From: Chrysochromulina tobinii | Lineage: Eukaryota | Length of the DNA stretch: 38,696 nucleotides | Direction of reading: 5' to 3' | Assembly: GCA_001275005.1 (NCBI GenBank) | Contig: JWZX01003168.1 | Coordinates: 1-38,696 of the forward strand | Part shown: positions 1-11,558 of the stretch, piece by piece | Numbering within the stretch: position 1 is the stretch's first letter | Layout: each line of letters opens with the position of its first letter | The notes under the pieces: generated by a model | Databases searched by the model: none | Told to the model about the DNA's origin: nothing | Seen by the model: the letters and a program-made list of their open reading frames with translations, nothing else | Made by a program: the position numbers and the translations under genes

Positions 1-1466
1 ACGCCGGCGCCATTGGGCAGCCCGTACGCCGTCGCCCCGATGGACTTGCTCGAATCGCGGTTAGTGATGGGGCCCGTATTGCCGCCGAGGGTCGTGCTGC
101 CGTCAAAGAGGTGGATGTTATTGGTGCTCACACCCGTTGGCAAGTCGACGATATCGAGTGGGAAGAAGGTCGCCCTAGCAATGCCCACCGTCATCGTCAG
201 CTCACCGGTGCAGTATCCGACGCCATTAACGGTGGTACCTGGCGGGTTCGGCACGTCGTTGAGATTGGGCGTCCAGTGGCCGGACTCGCCCGTCGCTCCG
301 ACGACGAGCCACTTGTCGTTGCAATACGCGTACTTGACGCCGCGGCCTTTGAGCACGTTCGCCAGAAATGTACCGCTGCAAATGCCAGTGGTTCGCTGCG
401 TGCAGGTTGCGCGGCACGAGCCTTGGGGGGCGTGCGCCGACGGCAAGGCGTTGGGTTGGGAACTCGACGTTAGATTATAGTAGTTGACACAAGTCGACGC
501 GCTGCTGCCGGAACGCCAGGAGCCCGTCACGCCATTCACTGTCGGGGGGCCACCGCCATTGGTACCGCCACACGTTTTGTAGTTGGCATTGCACGTCAGC
601 GGACCACAGAAACCCCACCCACCACTAGCAACGGGTACTTTGCATTCGGTCGCGCTGAGCGAGTTGGAGTTGACCTCCTGACCCGCCGTCGTGGAGGCAG
701 TGGTCCCCCCGAGAACGAGAGGTGGCGGTGGCGACGCCCGTGTCTGCCAGATAGCCACCGCATGCATCCAAGCAGACGCTCGTGCCCACCGTGCCTCCCG
801 TCACCGTGCACGTCTGCATCACCACGCCATTCGGACCAAGCGGGCCGTAGAGGGGGAAGCCATCGGCCATCCAGCCGATCTGGGGGGAGTGCTGGCCCGC
901 GGTCATCCCAAGTTGCTTCAGTAGGCAGCTAGGGGCCACGTGGTAATGGTAGCTCGGCAACGTGGTGGAGGACGAATGACCGCCGCACTGGTCAAACGTG
1001 TTGCCCTCGAGGTAGGCCGCCGACGTGGTCCAGCCGGTGAGCGGGTACGAGGGCCCGGCAAAGGGCGAGTAGATCATGCCACCATCGTACGCGACGCCAA
1101 CGATGGAGCCGAGTGCGGTTAGGCTCGTCTGCTGGGCCGCGTTGTAGCGGGGGTTGACAGGGATCGTGTACGTGCGCGAGCTCCCGATGGCATAGTTTGG
1201 GTTGAGATTCGCCGTCGGGTGATTCGGGCAGTGGCTGCGAGCAAGGAGCAAGAGCGGGCCGGCATGCAAATTGGTGAGCGAGATGACGTGTGCAGCGTGG
1301 GTGGCGGGGCGCAGGCAGCAGTGTGATGAGCTGCCTGCACTCACTTCGTCGTGATCGTGTGTGTGGTGGCAGAGGTTGTCTCCGACCAAGTATAGCTGGA
1401 GCCTTCTGTCGAGCATGTTTGCCCAAGGGCCGCGTCGAGCAGCAGGCAAAGGAACATGATTCGCAT
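1..1466 (-). CDS. Secreted YHYH-domain protein, probably with two YHYH domains. Runs off the window at its 3' end. Intron at 1344-1235; unexplained frame change near 738.
   Basis: Signal-peptide-like MRIMFLCLLLDAALG. A GTGAGT...GCAG intron joins TTN|HCPNHP. Motifs GVAYDGGMIYSP, FDQCGGH, YHYH, GWMADGFPLYGP, LDACGG. A second frame stays open from about 738 to base 1 (AYCNDKWLVV...NLNDVPNPPG...YGLP). Confidence 0.7.
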
Positions 1467-1709
1467 TCCCGCGGCGGGTTTCCCGGCGTCACCGACGAAG
1501 TTTTCAAGTTTATAGCGGCGAGAAAGTGCGAAGCCCAGGGAAAACTCCGGGAGCTGGTTGAACAAAAAATACTCAACCCGGCGCGGATCCAAAGCCGAGA
1601 CAAAAGACAAACTTTTCTAGCGTCACACAGCTTCATCGCTATACCCGGGCCCGGTCATGTCATATGCAGAACCGCACATTGAGGCCTCGCTCGCCTCGAT
1701 GGCCCTCCA

Positions 1710-2480
1710 CTACGGTCCGACAGCAGCAGACCCGCTACCCGCCTCGCCGCCCCCTTGGCTCGCGAGGAGCGCCTCGACGGCAGAGTAGTCGCCCGCCTTG
1801 AGCGCGGCCTCTAGCCTCTTGACCTCCTCGATGGAGGACGCGTTCGCAATCGCCAACATGATCTTGGCCTTCTGCTCCTCGGAGGGCCCCGCCTTGAGCA
1901 GCGGCGGCGGCGCCGCCGACTGCTGCTGCTGCTGCTGCCGCGCGCCGGAGCCGCTCGTGCCCGGCCCGCGCATGGGCGCTGGCTTGCGGCTTTTCCTGTG
2001 GGCTGCCTCGGCGGCCGCGCGCTCGGCGCCGCGCACGCGCTTGAAGTCGAGCGTGCGCAGCTTGGGCAGAAGCGCGATGACATACGCGCGGTACCCCTCC
2101 GCCTTCGTCACCGGGTTGTCCACGAGCGACAGCGACGTGAGGCCCGCGAGCTGCCCGAGCGGCTCAAGCTGAGTGAGCGTGGCGAGGTGGTTGTTGGTAA
2201 GTACGAGCGTCTTGAGCGACGGGAGCGTCTTACTGAGCCCCTCTGAGATGCGCGTGACCCGGTTGTTGTTGAGCAGCAGCTGCGTGAGACGCGGCAGCAC
2301 CGCCATGCATTCGACCTTGAGGATCTCATTGTCCGAGAGGTCGAGCGAGTCAAACTGGTCCTGCGTGGCTGCAAGATTCTCCATGACGGCGATCTTGTTG
2401 CCGCGCAGGTCGAGCTCGCGGTCCTTGAGCGGGTTGAGGAAGGCTGGAGAGCGCGCGATGACCTCGGCCGTGAGGCGCAT
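1710..2480 (-). CDS. SNRPA1: U2 small nuclear ribonucleoprotein A' (LRR protein)
   Basis: MRLTAEVIARSPAFLNPLKDRELDLRGNKI, LRR units, LRRcap YRAYVIALLPKLRTLDF and C-terminal AIANASSIEEVKRLEAAL. ATG at 2480. Confidence 0.93.
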   Translation of the reverse strand: MRLTAEVIARSPAFLNPLKDRELDLRGNKIAVMENLAATQDQFDSLDLSDNEILKVECMAVLPRLTQLLLNNNRVTRISEGLSKTLPSLKTLVLTNNHLATLTQLEPLGQLAGLTSLSLVDNPVTKAEGYRAYVIALLPKLRTLDFKRVRGAERAAAEAAHRKSRKPAPMRGPGTSGSGARQQQQQQSAAPPPLLKAGPSEEQKAKIMLAIANASSIEEVKRLEAALKAGDYSAVEALLASQGGGEAGSGSAAVGP

Positions 2481-2722
2481 GACGTGCGCGAGGTCGGGAA
2501 CACGTCCGGTGTTAACGTGTAGGTGTGAGTGTGAATAACTTTTGCGCCGTACCGGCACATCGCGCAATGTTCCGTTCCGTGTCAAATGTAGAAGGCGGCC
2601 CTCAAGGCCAGACGCCAGATGCACACCCGGGCTCCCCGAAGTCGTGGTGATCTGGTGGGAAAAACACACGGGCGAGACGCACAGATGACTGCTGTTCTGC
2701 TGCCTCGCGCAGTTCCCGGCCC

Positions 2723-4186
2723 TCAACCAAGGTGGGCTGCTGGCTCGCAGCCCCCAACTGCTGCCGGCTGCACGATTTGAAGCATGTCAAACGGGAGCAC
2801 GGCCATAGCTCCCTTGTCCACCACACCGAAGCGGCGCAGGCGCTCGATGAGGGTGGCTACGATGACCTTGTCGCGGTAATTGGCCTGGTGAATGTTACCT
2901 GACGTGACGTAGGTCTGCATCCAGCCACCAAGGCTGGGCTGTGCGTGAATGAAGCGGTTGACAGCCACCAGCCCATCGTGCACGTGCTGCGCCTGAGGGG
3001 CACAGACGAACCGCTCGGGCATCAAGCGATCACGAGAACGAGGACGCAGACAGCTTCAAGGCCTGATGGCCGATCAAGGGGACTGGGCACTGGGCACGGC
3101 TGGACCTGGTAGCAGCAGGGATCGGCTTCGTGGAGCACTTGCGCCTGAGATCGTCCCACCTCGAGCGCTGCGAGCACGTACATGCACACGAACGAGCAGG
3201 TCTGGTAAAACGGGCGCACCGGGCGCTGCTCGAAATCCGCCGCTACCTCGTGAGCCACACGAAGGACGGGACGGGTGAGTGTGAACACACAAGGAGGGCG
3301 GGTGAGTGTGAACACAAAAGGACGGGATGGCTGAGCTCGGACAGCTGACCTCGGGTAGGTCGGGAACAAAGTTTGGGTAGAGCGTGGTCGGCCACTTGGG
3401 CACTGACCCTGCGATGGGGATGCTGAGCTTGATTCGCGGATCGACCGCCGCCGTCACAGTGGTCGTCCAGCCGCCGCCAGAGAGGCCAACCAGGACGACG
3501 TGCTTGTAGCCCAGCACGTTGACGGCATAATTCACAGATAAGATGACTGGCTCTATGAAGAAGCGGAGAGGGAAGTCGCCCTTGAGCTCCCACTGCTCGA
3601 ACCATTCGTGGTGACTCGAGGTCTCATAGGGAGTGTTGCCGTTGCAGCCATACAGGGGCATAAAGAACTCAAACACATCGTATCCGAGCTGGTTGAAGTG
3701 ATCCACCACGCCGTCGTAATTGGGAGTGCACTTGTTCGTCTCGTGGCCATTGTGGTAGAAGACCACGGTGTCGCCTCGCGCGGTAGGGACGATAGCTGGA
3801 CCGGGCATGCTCGGGCCGTCCTGGGGCCAGTTTCGGGGCGCTCGCCCGCTCGTGTTCAGAGTATGATAGACGGTGGAGTTGAGAGTTATGAAAGGCGTCT
3901 CAATCGTCCACACCAACGCCGTCATATTGTTGCTCCACGAATTGCCCGAGACGTCGCCAACCCCGTCCCCAGGTCCAGGGAAGCCGTGCATGGCATAGTT
4001 AGGCATCGGCACCACGTAGTCGGGATTGCTCCGTGAAGGTAGGGAGCTCGCGTTGAACAACGCGTGAATCAGATTCTGCCGGCAGGCGAGCCATGCTGAG
4101 ATATTGCCGCCCGTGCAGTCCGGCAGCAATGGATCTTGCATCGCCGCGACAAGGAAACTCATATGCACTAGCGATCCCACGATCAT
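2723..4186 (-). CDS. Putative secreted alpha/beta-hydrolase-fold protein, 3 exons (about 4186-3350, about 3247-3106, 2992-2723)
   Basis: Hydrophobic N-terminus, YHNGHE and a GLSGGG (GxSxG) nucleophile elbow. Protein-like sequence continues in other frames (DFEQ...CMYVLAALE...HEADPCCY; SGNIHQ). GT donors at 3349 and 3105, CAG acceptor at 2993. The first acceptor is uncertain. Confidence 0.65.
3272..3326. repeat. Two-copy, about 27-nt tandem duplication inside an intron
   Basis: cgggtgagtgtgaacaca(c/a)aagga occurs twice, at 3272 and 3299. Confidence 0.85.
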
Positions 4187-4392
4187 CCTGCCGATGATTC
4201 TGTGTGCCGATCACCGCGGCACTTCCGACGATATTCCTAAAGGACCGTTGTCGCACGTCAAGTCAACTCAAGTCTGACACGGCGCTCTCGATGAGCCAGC
4301 GGCAAAATGTGGAGGCACTTGCTCTTGCGTTCCTGTGACGAAACGCTACTTCAAAATCGGGCTTCGTCAAGGAAAAACAAGCACCGAGAGCG

Positions 4393-7300
4393 ATGATGAG
4401 AACGCAAGTGCTGGCAGCTGGGCTCACGTGCATCGTCGCCGCCATGATCCTCGTGCGCCGTCGTCGACGCCGCCGCACGGCTCGTGGCTTTCACGACAGG
4501 CCTGCAGAGACCGATCTCGTCGAATTGCGGTCACTCTCTCGGGCGTTGGGATGCACGATCATGGCCAAGTGCGAGCACCAGCATCCGGGCGGATCTGTGA
4601 AAGACCGCGCAGCGCACGCGTTGATTCAGGCGGCCATCGAGTCTGGCGAGCTCCAGCCTGGCGGTACAATCGTGCAGGCCACAGGCGGCAACACGGGCAT
4701 TTCTCTGGCCATGATCGCCAAAGCCAAGGGCTACCGATGCCATTTAACGATCCCCGAGAACATCAGCAACGATAAGAAGGAGCTGCTCCGGATCCTGGGG
4801 GCCACCGTCACGGAGTGCCCGTGCGTGCCCTTTGCCGACCCACGCTCCTACTGCTCGCGGGCCCACGCGATCGCCAAGGCCACCAAGGGCGCCGTGTTGC
4901 CCGACCAATTCGAGCACGTCGCCAATGCAAAGGCCCACTATACCACGACGGGACCCGAGCTCTGGCGGCAGTGCGGGCAGGCACTGGACGGCTTCGTATG
5001 TGCGGCCGGCACAGGCGGTACGATTGCTGGCGTCTCGCGCTTCCTCAAGTCGGCCCACAGTGCCTGCGCCACCTTCCTCATCGATCCGACCGGCTCCGGC
5101 CACAAGTGCTTCGTGGAGACCGGACAATTTGCATCGTCCGGTTCGTGTTTCATCGACGGCATTGGGATCAGCCGTCGGACGGCCAACTTTGGCACCGCTG
5201 TCGTGGATGGAGCCTTTCGCGGCGACGATCGCGAGGCGATCGAGATGGCCTACTACCTGCTGCGGAACGAAGGACTGTTTGTTGGACCTTCGGCGGCGCT
5301 CAACGTGGTGGGCGCGGTCAAGCTCGCCCGCAAGCTCGGGCCAGGGAGCCGAGTGGCGACCGTGCTCTGCGACGGCGGCGAACGGTATCGCGCCACCACG
5401 TTCAACGCGGAGTGGCTTGCGAGCAAGGGCCTGACGCCCAAATGCCAGGGGGATGATCTCTCCTTCGTCAAGGAGGACCCACGCCACACCTTTGAGCTGA
5501 GCCACGAGATGTGGTCTCGCGTCATCTCCGATCTCGTGCGCAATCTCCCACGCGAGTGGCGAGGCACCACGTTCAACAACTCGAACCTGCTAGGGCGTGA
5601 AGGCTTCGCGTGCCGGCTGCATGATCTGCTGACGCGCCGAGCCTTCTCCGGCGAGCCGTTGGTCAGCGAGGATCTCGTCGATCTCGGTCAAGCGGAGGAT
5701 TACCTTCGCGTAGCTTCGAACGTCACCACCACGCTCGAGGCCATCCACGCGCGCCAGTCGGGCCTGGGCGTCTCCCGCGTCTTCAGCTTCCCTTCGGCGC
5801 TCCGGATGCCCATCGCGGCCGTCGTGCTCGCCACGGACAGGGCTGCGGCTGTGCGCGTCTACATTGGCGACGGCCCACCGCCGTTCACGCCAGAGCAGGA
5901 GCGAATGCTCGCACACGTCGGATGTGCACTCATCATCTCGCGCGGCGGGCCGCCGGCCACGCGTCAACGAGAGAGGCTGGCCCAGGAGGACGACGACAAG
6001 TCGGTCGTGCTCTGCGTCCCGTCCGCCCTCCCCGACCGAGGCATCTACAACCTGCGGCGGGCGCCTCCGAGCGCCGTCGACGGCATCGTCGGCGACGGCA
6101 TGCTGCTCATTTTGGACGAAAATCGGATCCGGCCTTCCGACATCCTCGTCGTCCGCAAGCGTCTCTGCACGCCGATGACGACGCCGGTCGCCATTCAGCG
6201 GCTCGAGCAGCTCGCATCAGGACGTGTGCGCGTCGCCGCCGACGCCGACGCGCCACCTCCCCAATCGGAGCTTGACGCATTCAACGCCCATCTGCAGGAA
6301 TTGTCGGGCACGAGCGTGGATGCCGACACCCCCCCAGTGTGCTACACCGCGGGCCTCTCGGCGCTCAGTGCGCTCTGGATTGCACTCATCGCCGGCGGCG
6401 GCGCAGACGTAGTCATGAGCTCCACAGCATACGGGGGCAGCTCGCAGGTGACTGACATCCTCGCCGCGCGAGCGCCATCGAAGCTGCGTAAGCACACGTT
6501 TGAGGTGAGCGGCTGCTCGCAGATTGTCGACACGGTGCGCGGCGCGCTCAACGGACTGCTTCAGCGTGCCTCCCACCATGATGGTGGCTCCACGGGATCC
6601 ACAACGGTCCTCCCGAGATCCTCCCGAGATCGAGATCCTCACGAGATCCTGAACGGCTCCACAACGGTCCTCTTCGTCGAAGCGCCCACGAATCCAGATA
6701 TGAAGGTACCCGACCTGCCCACGCTCGCAACGATGCTGGCCCAGCACGCGGCGGCGACAGGCGCTCGTCCGCTGCTGCTCGTCGACACGACGCTGGCTCC
6801 GATGTCGAGAGTGATGGCGAAGGCGAGGAGTGCAGCCCCAGATCTGCCCGTGATGGTACTACTCTCCATGTCCAAGAGCGTCTCGCGCGGGTTGACTACT
6901 GCGGGGGCTCTGGTCGCCAACCACGCCCCTGACGCTGCCGCGCTTCTCAGCCGCGCGCGAGATGTGGGCGAGATGCTCGAGACGATGGCGACCGACGACC
7001 AGATCCGGCGCCTTGTCGACAACCACGTGGGTACGGAGGAGCGTTGCGCGAAGGCGTACCGGGTTGCCATGGCAGTCGGCGCGCACCTGAGGGCGACCGT
7101 GAGAGAACATTGCGGCGCAACCATGGGATTGTCTACCGTGAGCGCCGAGGCTGCGAGTAACGGCTACGCCTCCACAACGATCTCGTTCAATCTGCCGCCC
7201 CCCAAAGGAACGTCGGAGCAGCAAGCGGCTGCTCTCGCGCAACGCTTTGTCGACGAGCTCTGCCTCGACAAGGCTCGCTTCAAGCCTTGCGTGTCATTTG

Positions 7301-7497
7301 GTCAGGATAACGGGCTCGTCTACTGCACCGTCCCAGCCACCTCCACCCAGGGCGCCATCAAAGCCGAGGATAAGGCGAAGCAAGAGGTTGGTGGCGTGCA
7401 GCTCGTGCGCCTCTCCTTCCCTCCATCGCTCGACGAGGAGGCAGCTTGCCAGACAGTGACGAGGGCAGTTCGCGCGTGCTACCCAACTGCAGCGTGA
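4393..7497 (+). CDS. Fusion of a cysteine synthase/CBS-like enzyme (PLP fold II) with a Cys/Met-metabolism PLP enzyme (cystathionine gamma-lyase/synthase-like, fold I); N-terminal membrane anchor
   Basis: N-half: PGGSVKDR (PLP lysine), TGGNTG, DQF, GTGGT, GPSA, LCDGGERY. C-half: EDYLRV, GLSA, AYGGS, FVEAPTNPDM, VDTT, SMSK, SFG. One uninterrupted 1034-aa ORF. Confidence 0.85.
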   Translation: MMRTQVLAAGLTCIVAAMILVRRRRRRRTARGFHDRPAETDLVELRSLSRALGCTIMAKCEHQHPGGSVKDRAAHALIQAAIESGELQPGGTIVQATGGNTGISLAMIAKAKGYRCHLTIPENISNDKKELLRILGATVTECPCVPFADPRSYCSRAHAIAKATKGAVLPDQFEHVANAKAHYTTTGPELWRQCGQALDGFVCAAGTGGTIAGVSRFLKSAHSACATFLIDPTGSGHKCFVETGQFASSGSCFIDGIGISRRTANFGTAVVDGAFRGDDREAIEMAYYLLRNEGLFVGPSAALNVVGAVKLARKLGPGSRVATVLCDGGERYRATTFNAEWLASKGLTPKCQGDDLSFVKEDPRHTFELSHEMWSRVISDLVRNLPREWRGTTFNNSNLLGREGFACRLHDLLTRRAFSGEPLVSEDLVDLGQAEDYLRVASNVTTTLEAIHARQSGLGVSRVFSFPSALRMPIAAVVLATDRAAAVRVYIGDGPPPFTPEQERMLAHVGCALIISRGGPPATRQRERLAQEDDDKSVVLCVPSALPDRGIYNLRRAPPSAVDGIVGDGMLLILDENRIRPSDILVVRKRLCTPMTTPVAIQRLEQLASGRVRVAADADAPPPQSELDAFNAHLQELSGTSVDADTPPVCYTAGLSALSALWIALIAGGGADVVMSSTAYGGSSQVTDILAARAPSKLRKHTFEVSGCSQIVDTVRGALNGLLQRASHHDGGSTGSTTVLPRSSRDRDPHEILNGSTTVLFVEAPTNPDMKVPDLPTLATMLAQHAAATGARPLLLVDTTLAPMSRVMAKARSAAPDLPVMVLLSMSKSVSRGLTTAGALVANHAPDAAALLSRARDVGEMLETMATDDQIRRLVDNHVGTEERCAKAYRVAMAVGAHLRATVREHCGATMGLSTVSAEAASNGYASTTISFNLPPPKGTSEQQAAALAQRFVDELCLDKARFKPCVSFGQDNGLVYCTVPATSTQGAIKAEDKAKQEVGGVQLVRLSFPPSLDEEAACQTVTRAVRACYPTAA

Positions 7498-8223
7498 CTT
7501 GAGCGTGCCTCGAACAGCCGGTGCCGAAACGTGGTGTGGGGTTATTGGCGTTTTTGACGTGTGGCGTTATTGGCGTCCGGGGTCCGGGGCTTCTTGCTTC
7601 CCTTTCGCGGGAAAAACTCGCATGCGGACCCGGGCGGATGAGCGTCGTCGGTTACGCGTCGGTCGTTTCATTTGTTGTTTTTCGCGCGTTGCGCGCGTAC
7701 TAGCTAATACGGGGCTTTTATTGTTCCGGCCGGCGGTTGCTCGGGTAGGGGGTTGCGGCCGTGCGCGCCCGCGCCCCCCGGCGGCGGCGCGTCTCTCGCC
7801 CGCTCCGGGCGGCGGCCGGCGCGTTCGATCCGTCAATAAAATAATTTCACCCAACATGGGCGCACTCGCGCGCTGCGTTTTCGGCTTTAGCCTTTACGTT
7901 ACATACTGTACGCAATAACGGGATGTGGTCCATCCGCGAGAACTCTCAGGCTCAGCCCATGTGCCACACACTCCTACGACACAACGCTCGTAGGACACCA
8001 AACGAGGTCAAGCATCGATCCGCTCCCAAGCCAACACAGCGAAGTCCAGCCACGGGACAGTTCTAGTTCGAAGAGACGTCGTGCGGCGAGACGGTCATTT
8101 GACCTCACTTGCTCATTGACGAAGCACGGCTGGGCTGGTGCAGACATTCCACCGCTTGGAAATGCCCGACCCCGCCGCTCTCTTCTCGTTGAGCGGCATG
8201 CCATCCACCGCATGCCCTGACCC

Positions 8224-9184
8224 TTAATTGGTCTTCTTCTCGCTCGCTAGGCGCTCGGCGAGCTCTTTGCGCACGAAGGCGCGGCCGAAGAGCTTGAGGA
8301 CCTCGTCGATCAGGATGACCGGCACCGACCAGGCGATGACGAGGATCCAGTCGTTCTTCGTGAGGGGCACGATCGAGAACATGGCGGCGAAGGCTGGCAC
8401 GTAGATGATAGCGTAGGTGGTGATCATCGAGATGACGATCGCGAGGAGGAGGTAGGGGTTGACCCACGGCGGCATCGACAGGAGGGAGCCATCCTCGGAG
8501 ATCGCGTTCATGGCGTTGAACATCTCGATGACCACGAGCACCGCGAGCGACATGGTCGAGGCCGTCTTCTTGCCAGCGGCCCGGAAGTAATCACACGGAG
8601 TGGCCGAGAGGTCGGGTCCACCGTGTGCGACCCAAGGCTTGAAGTCGGGTTTGAAACCCTTAAACTCGGTGCACTTGCCCCAATGGGCCAGCTCGGAGTA
8701 GTTGACCAGCGGATGGTGGTACTCGGACCAGTCGTACCACACGTACCAGTAGACGAAGATGCCAACAGTGGCGATGCCGACGTAGGTGCCGACGATCATG
8801 TAGCGGAAGAAGACCCATGGCGTGATCAGCTGGTCGTCGGCGCGCCGTGGCGGGCGCGACATGATGTCGGCGTCGGGCGGGTTGAAGCCGAGCGCCGTCG
8901 CGGGCGGACCATCGGTCACAAGGTTGACCCAGAGCAGCTGAACCGGGATGAGGCCCTCGGGGAGGCCAAGGAGGGCGGTCAGGAAGATGGACGCCACCTC
9001 GCCGATGTTGGACGAGATGAGGTAGCGAATGAAGGCCTTCATGTTGGAGTAGATGGAGCGACCCTCCTCAATGGCGGCGACGATGGTCGCGAAGTTGTCG
9101 TCGGCGAGCACCATGTCGGCCGCCTCTTTGGCCACCTCCGTGCCGGAGATGCCCATCGCGATGCCGATGGCCGCCTGCTTGAGG

Positions 9185-9216
<32 letters not shown>

Positions 9217-11376
9217 CGCAGGGACCTCGCCTGCTGTGCGAAGCATCTTGACCAGCGCCTGCTTGTCGCGCGGCTCGGTGCGCGAGAAGACCATGTTCTT
9301 GTGCGTCAAGGTCAGCAGCTTGACCCGCTCCTCCTCGGCGAGGTTGAAGAAGTCGGCACCCGTGAAGGAGCGGTTTGCGATGTCCTCGCCCGCCTTGAAG
9401 ATGCCGATCTCGCGCGCAATCGCCTCCGCCGTCGGCTGCGTGTCGCCGGTGATCATCACGACGCGAATGCCCGCCGTCTCGCACGCGGCGATGGCGGGGG
9501 GCACCTCGGGACGCGCGGGGTCCTTGATGCCGGCCACGCCCACAAACGTCATGCCCTGCTCGACATTGATGAACGTGGACGGGTCGACGAGCATCTTATG
9601 TGCGGGGTGTGAGTCGCCATCGTACGTGGCGAGCTCACCAACCTCGTCCTTGAAGGCAAGGCCGATGCAGCGCAGCGGGCGGGCGGCCATCTCCGACACT
9701 GTCGCCAGGATGGCCTTGCGATCAGCCGGCTTCAACTCGACGACCTCGCCACTCTTCAGGCGCACGTGCGAGCACCGCTCGATGACGCGCTCGGGAGCGC
9801 CCTTGACGAAGAGCTTGTTGGCGCCAGCACCCGCCCCGCTGGTGGGGCGGGTGCGCTTGGGCGAGTTGCGTGGGTTCTTTCCAGACGAGACCGCGTCGCC
9901 GGCCGGGGCGGGGGCGAAGCCGCAAAGGGTCGACATGGACTTGCGATCGCGGGAGAACTCGAGGGTGGCCTGGTGCGGATAGAGTTTCATCCAGTGCTCA
10001 TTGGCGGCGGAGCACGCCTCGGCGGGATCGGTGGGCTTGGGCACGCCGTCGAGGCCAATCTTCTCGACGAGCACCTTGAGCGCCGCCTCGGTCGGCTCAC
10101 CCACGCGCTCATACTTGGTCTCGGCCGCATTGTACCGAATCACCGCTTGGTTGCAGAGCGCGCAGACCTTGGCGACCTCGGCGAGCTCGGCCGGCGTGAA
10201 CGTGCCGCTGAGCTCGCCCTGGGGAGCATACGACGTGCCGGTGACGGCAAGCTCGGTCAGCTTGCCCGCCTTCGTGTCCGGGTAGGCGAGCGACACGACG
10301 GTCATCTGGTTGGTCGTGAGAGTACCGGTCTTGTCGGAGCAGATGACGGTGGTGCAGCCGAGGGTCTCGACCGACGGGAGCTTGCGGATGATGGCGTTGC
10401 GCTTGACCATCTTCCGAGTACCGAGGGCGAGGCAGAGGGTGATGACGGCGGGGAGGCCCTCGGGAATGGCGGCGACACCGAGCGCGACAGCGATCTTGAG
10501 GTAGAAGATCAGCCCCTTCCAAAAGCCGCCATGGACGGGATCCGAAAACTGGCGGAAGTTCATGACCCAGACAGCGATGCAAATGTAGAAGATCACCTTG
10601 GCGAGGAGCTCACCGAAGGCATCGATCTTCTGGCCGAGCGGCGTCTTCTCCTCGTCTTCCGCTGCCTTCTGCACGTTCGCCTGGATCTTTCCGATCTCGG
10701 TGCGCATGCCCGTCGCGGTCACGACGGCAATGCAGTTGCCGTTGGAGACCGTGGTGCCAGAGAACATCATATTCTTCTTGTCCTGGATACGCGCCTCTTC
10801 GGCCACCGCCTCCGTCGTCTTCATCACCGTCTCAGACTCGCCCGTGAGCGAGCCCTCGTCGGTACGGACTGAGGTCGTCTTGAGCTTCATCACACGCACA
10901 TCCGCTGGCACCTTGTCGCCGACGTTGATGTTCACAACGTCGCCGGGGACGAGCTCGGCGGCAGGAAGCTCGGGGATGAGGGCGCCGTCGCGGATGCACT
11001 GGCACGTGCACTCCTGCAGGCGCTTGAGGGCCTCAAGCGCATTCTCCGCATTGTGCTCCTGCCACACACCGACGACCGCATTAAGCACGAGGATGAGCAG
11101 GATGACGAACGGCTCGACGAACGCCTCGAGGCCCTCGTGGTCCTCGAAGAAGGCGAGGACGAAGGAGAGGGTGGCGGCGCCAAGCAGGATCTTGACGAGC
11201 AGGTCGTCGAACTGCTGCAGCACCAGCTTCCACAGCGGCGTGCCCTCCTCCTGCTCGAGTTCGTTGGAGCCGTACTCGGCCCTGAGCTTCTCGACCTGCG
11301 TAGAGCTCAGGCCCTTGGCGAGTGTGACGTTGTGCGACGCGAGCACAGCGTCCGTGTCCTGCGACCAGCTTGGCAT
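8224..11376 (-). CDS. P2A-type sarco/endoplasmic reticulum Ca2+-ATPase (SERCA/ECA)
   Basis: [57 protein letters not shown]. Intronless, 1050 aa. Confidence 0.97.
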
Positions 11377-11558
11377 CTCTCAGGCGCTTCTGCTGTGCTA
11401 GATGCGGGGCGGCGAGTGCTTCTCGACGGAAGTGACGTGGCGAGCTCGAAGGAATCCCAAAGCGCCTGTTTCCAAGAATCATGAGACGTGAGAACATGTT
11501 TGTATGCTCGGTCGATGCCACGTGTCCACGGGCCCCTCACAATCCATCCCGTCCACAC

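Noticed and set aside
8623..11401. Long antisense and alternative-frame ORFs over SERCA, the retroelement and other genes
   Set aside because: Expected shadow ORFs in high-GC coding DNA, with no domain motifs.
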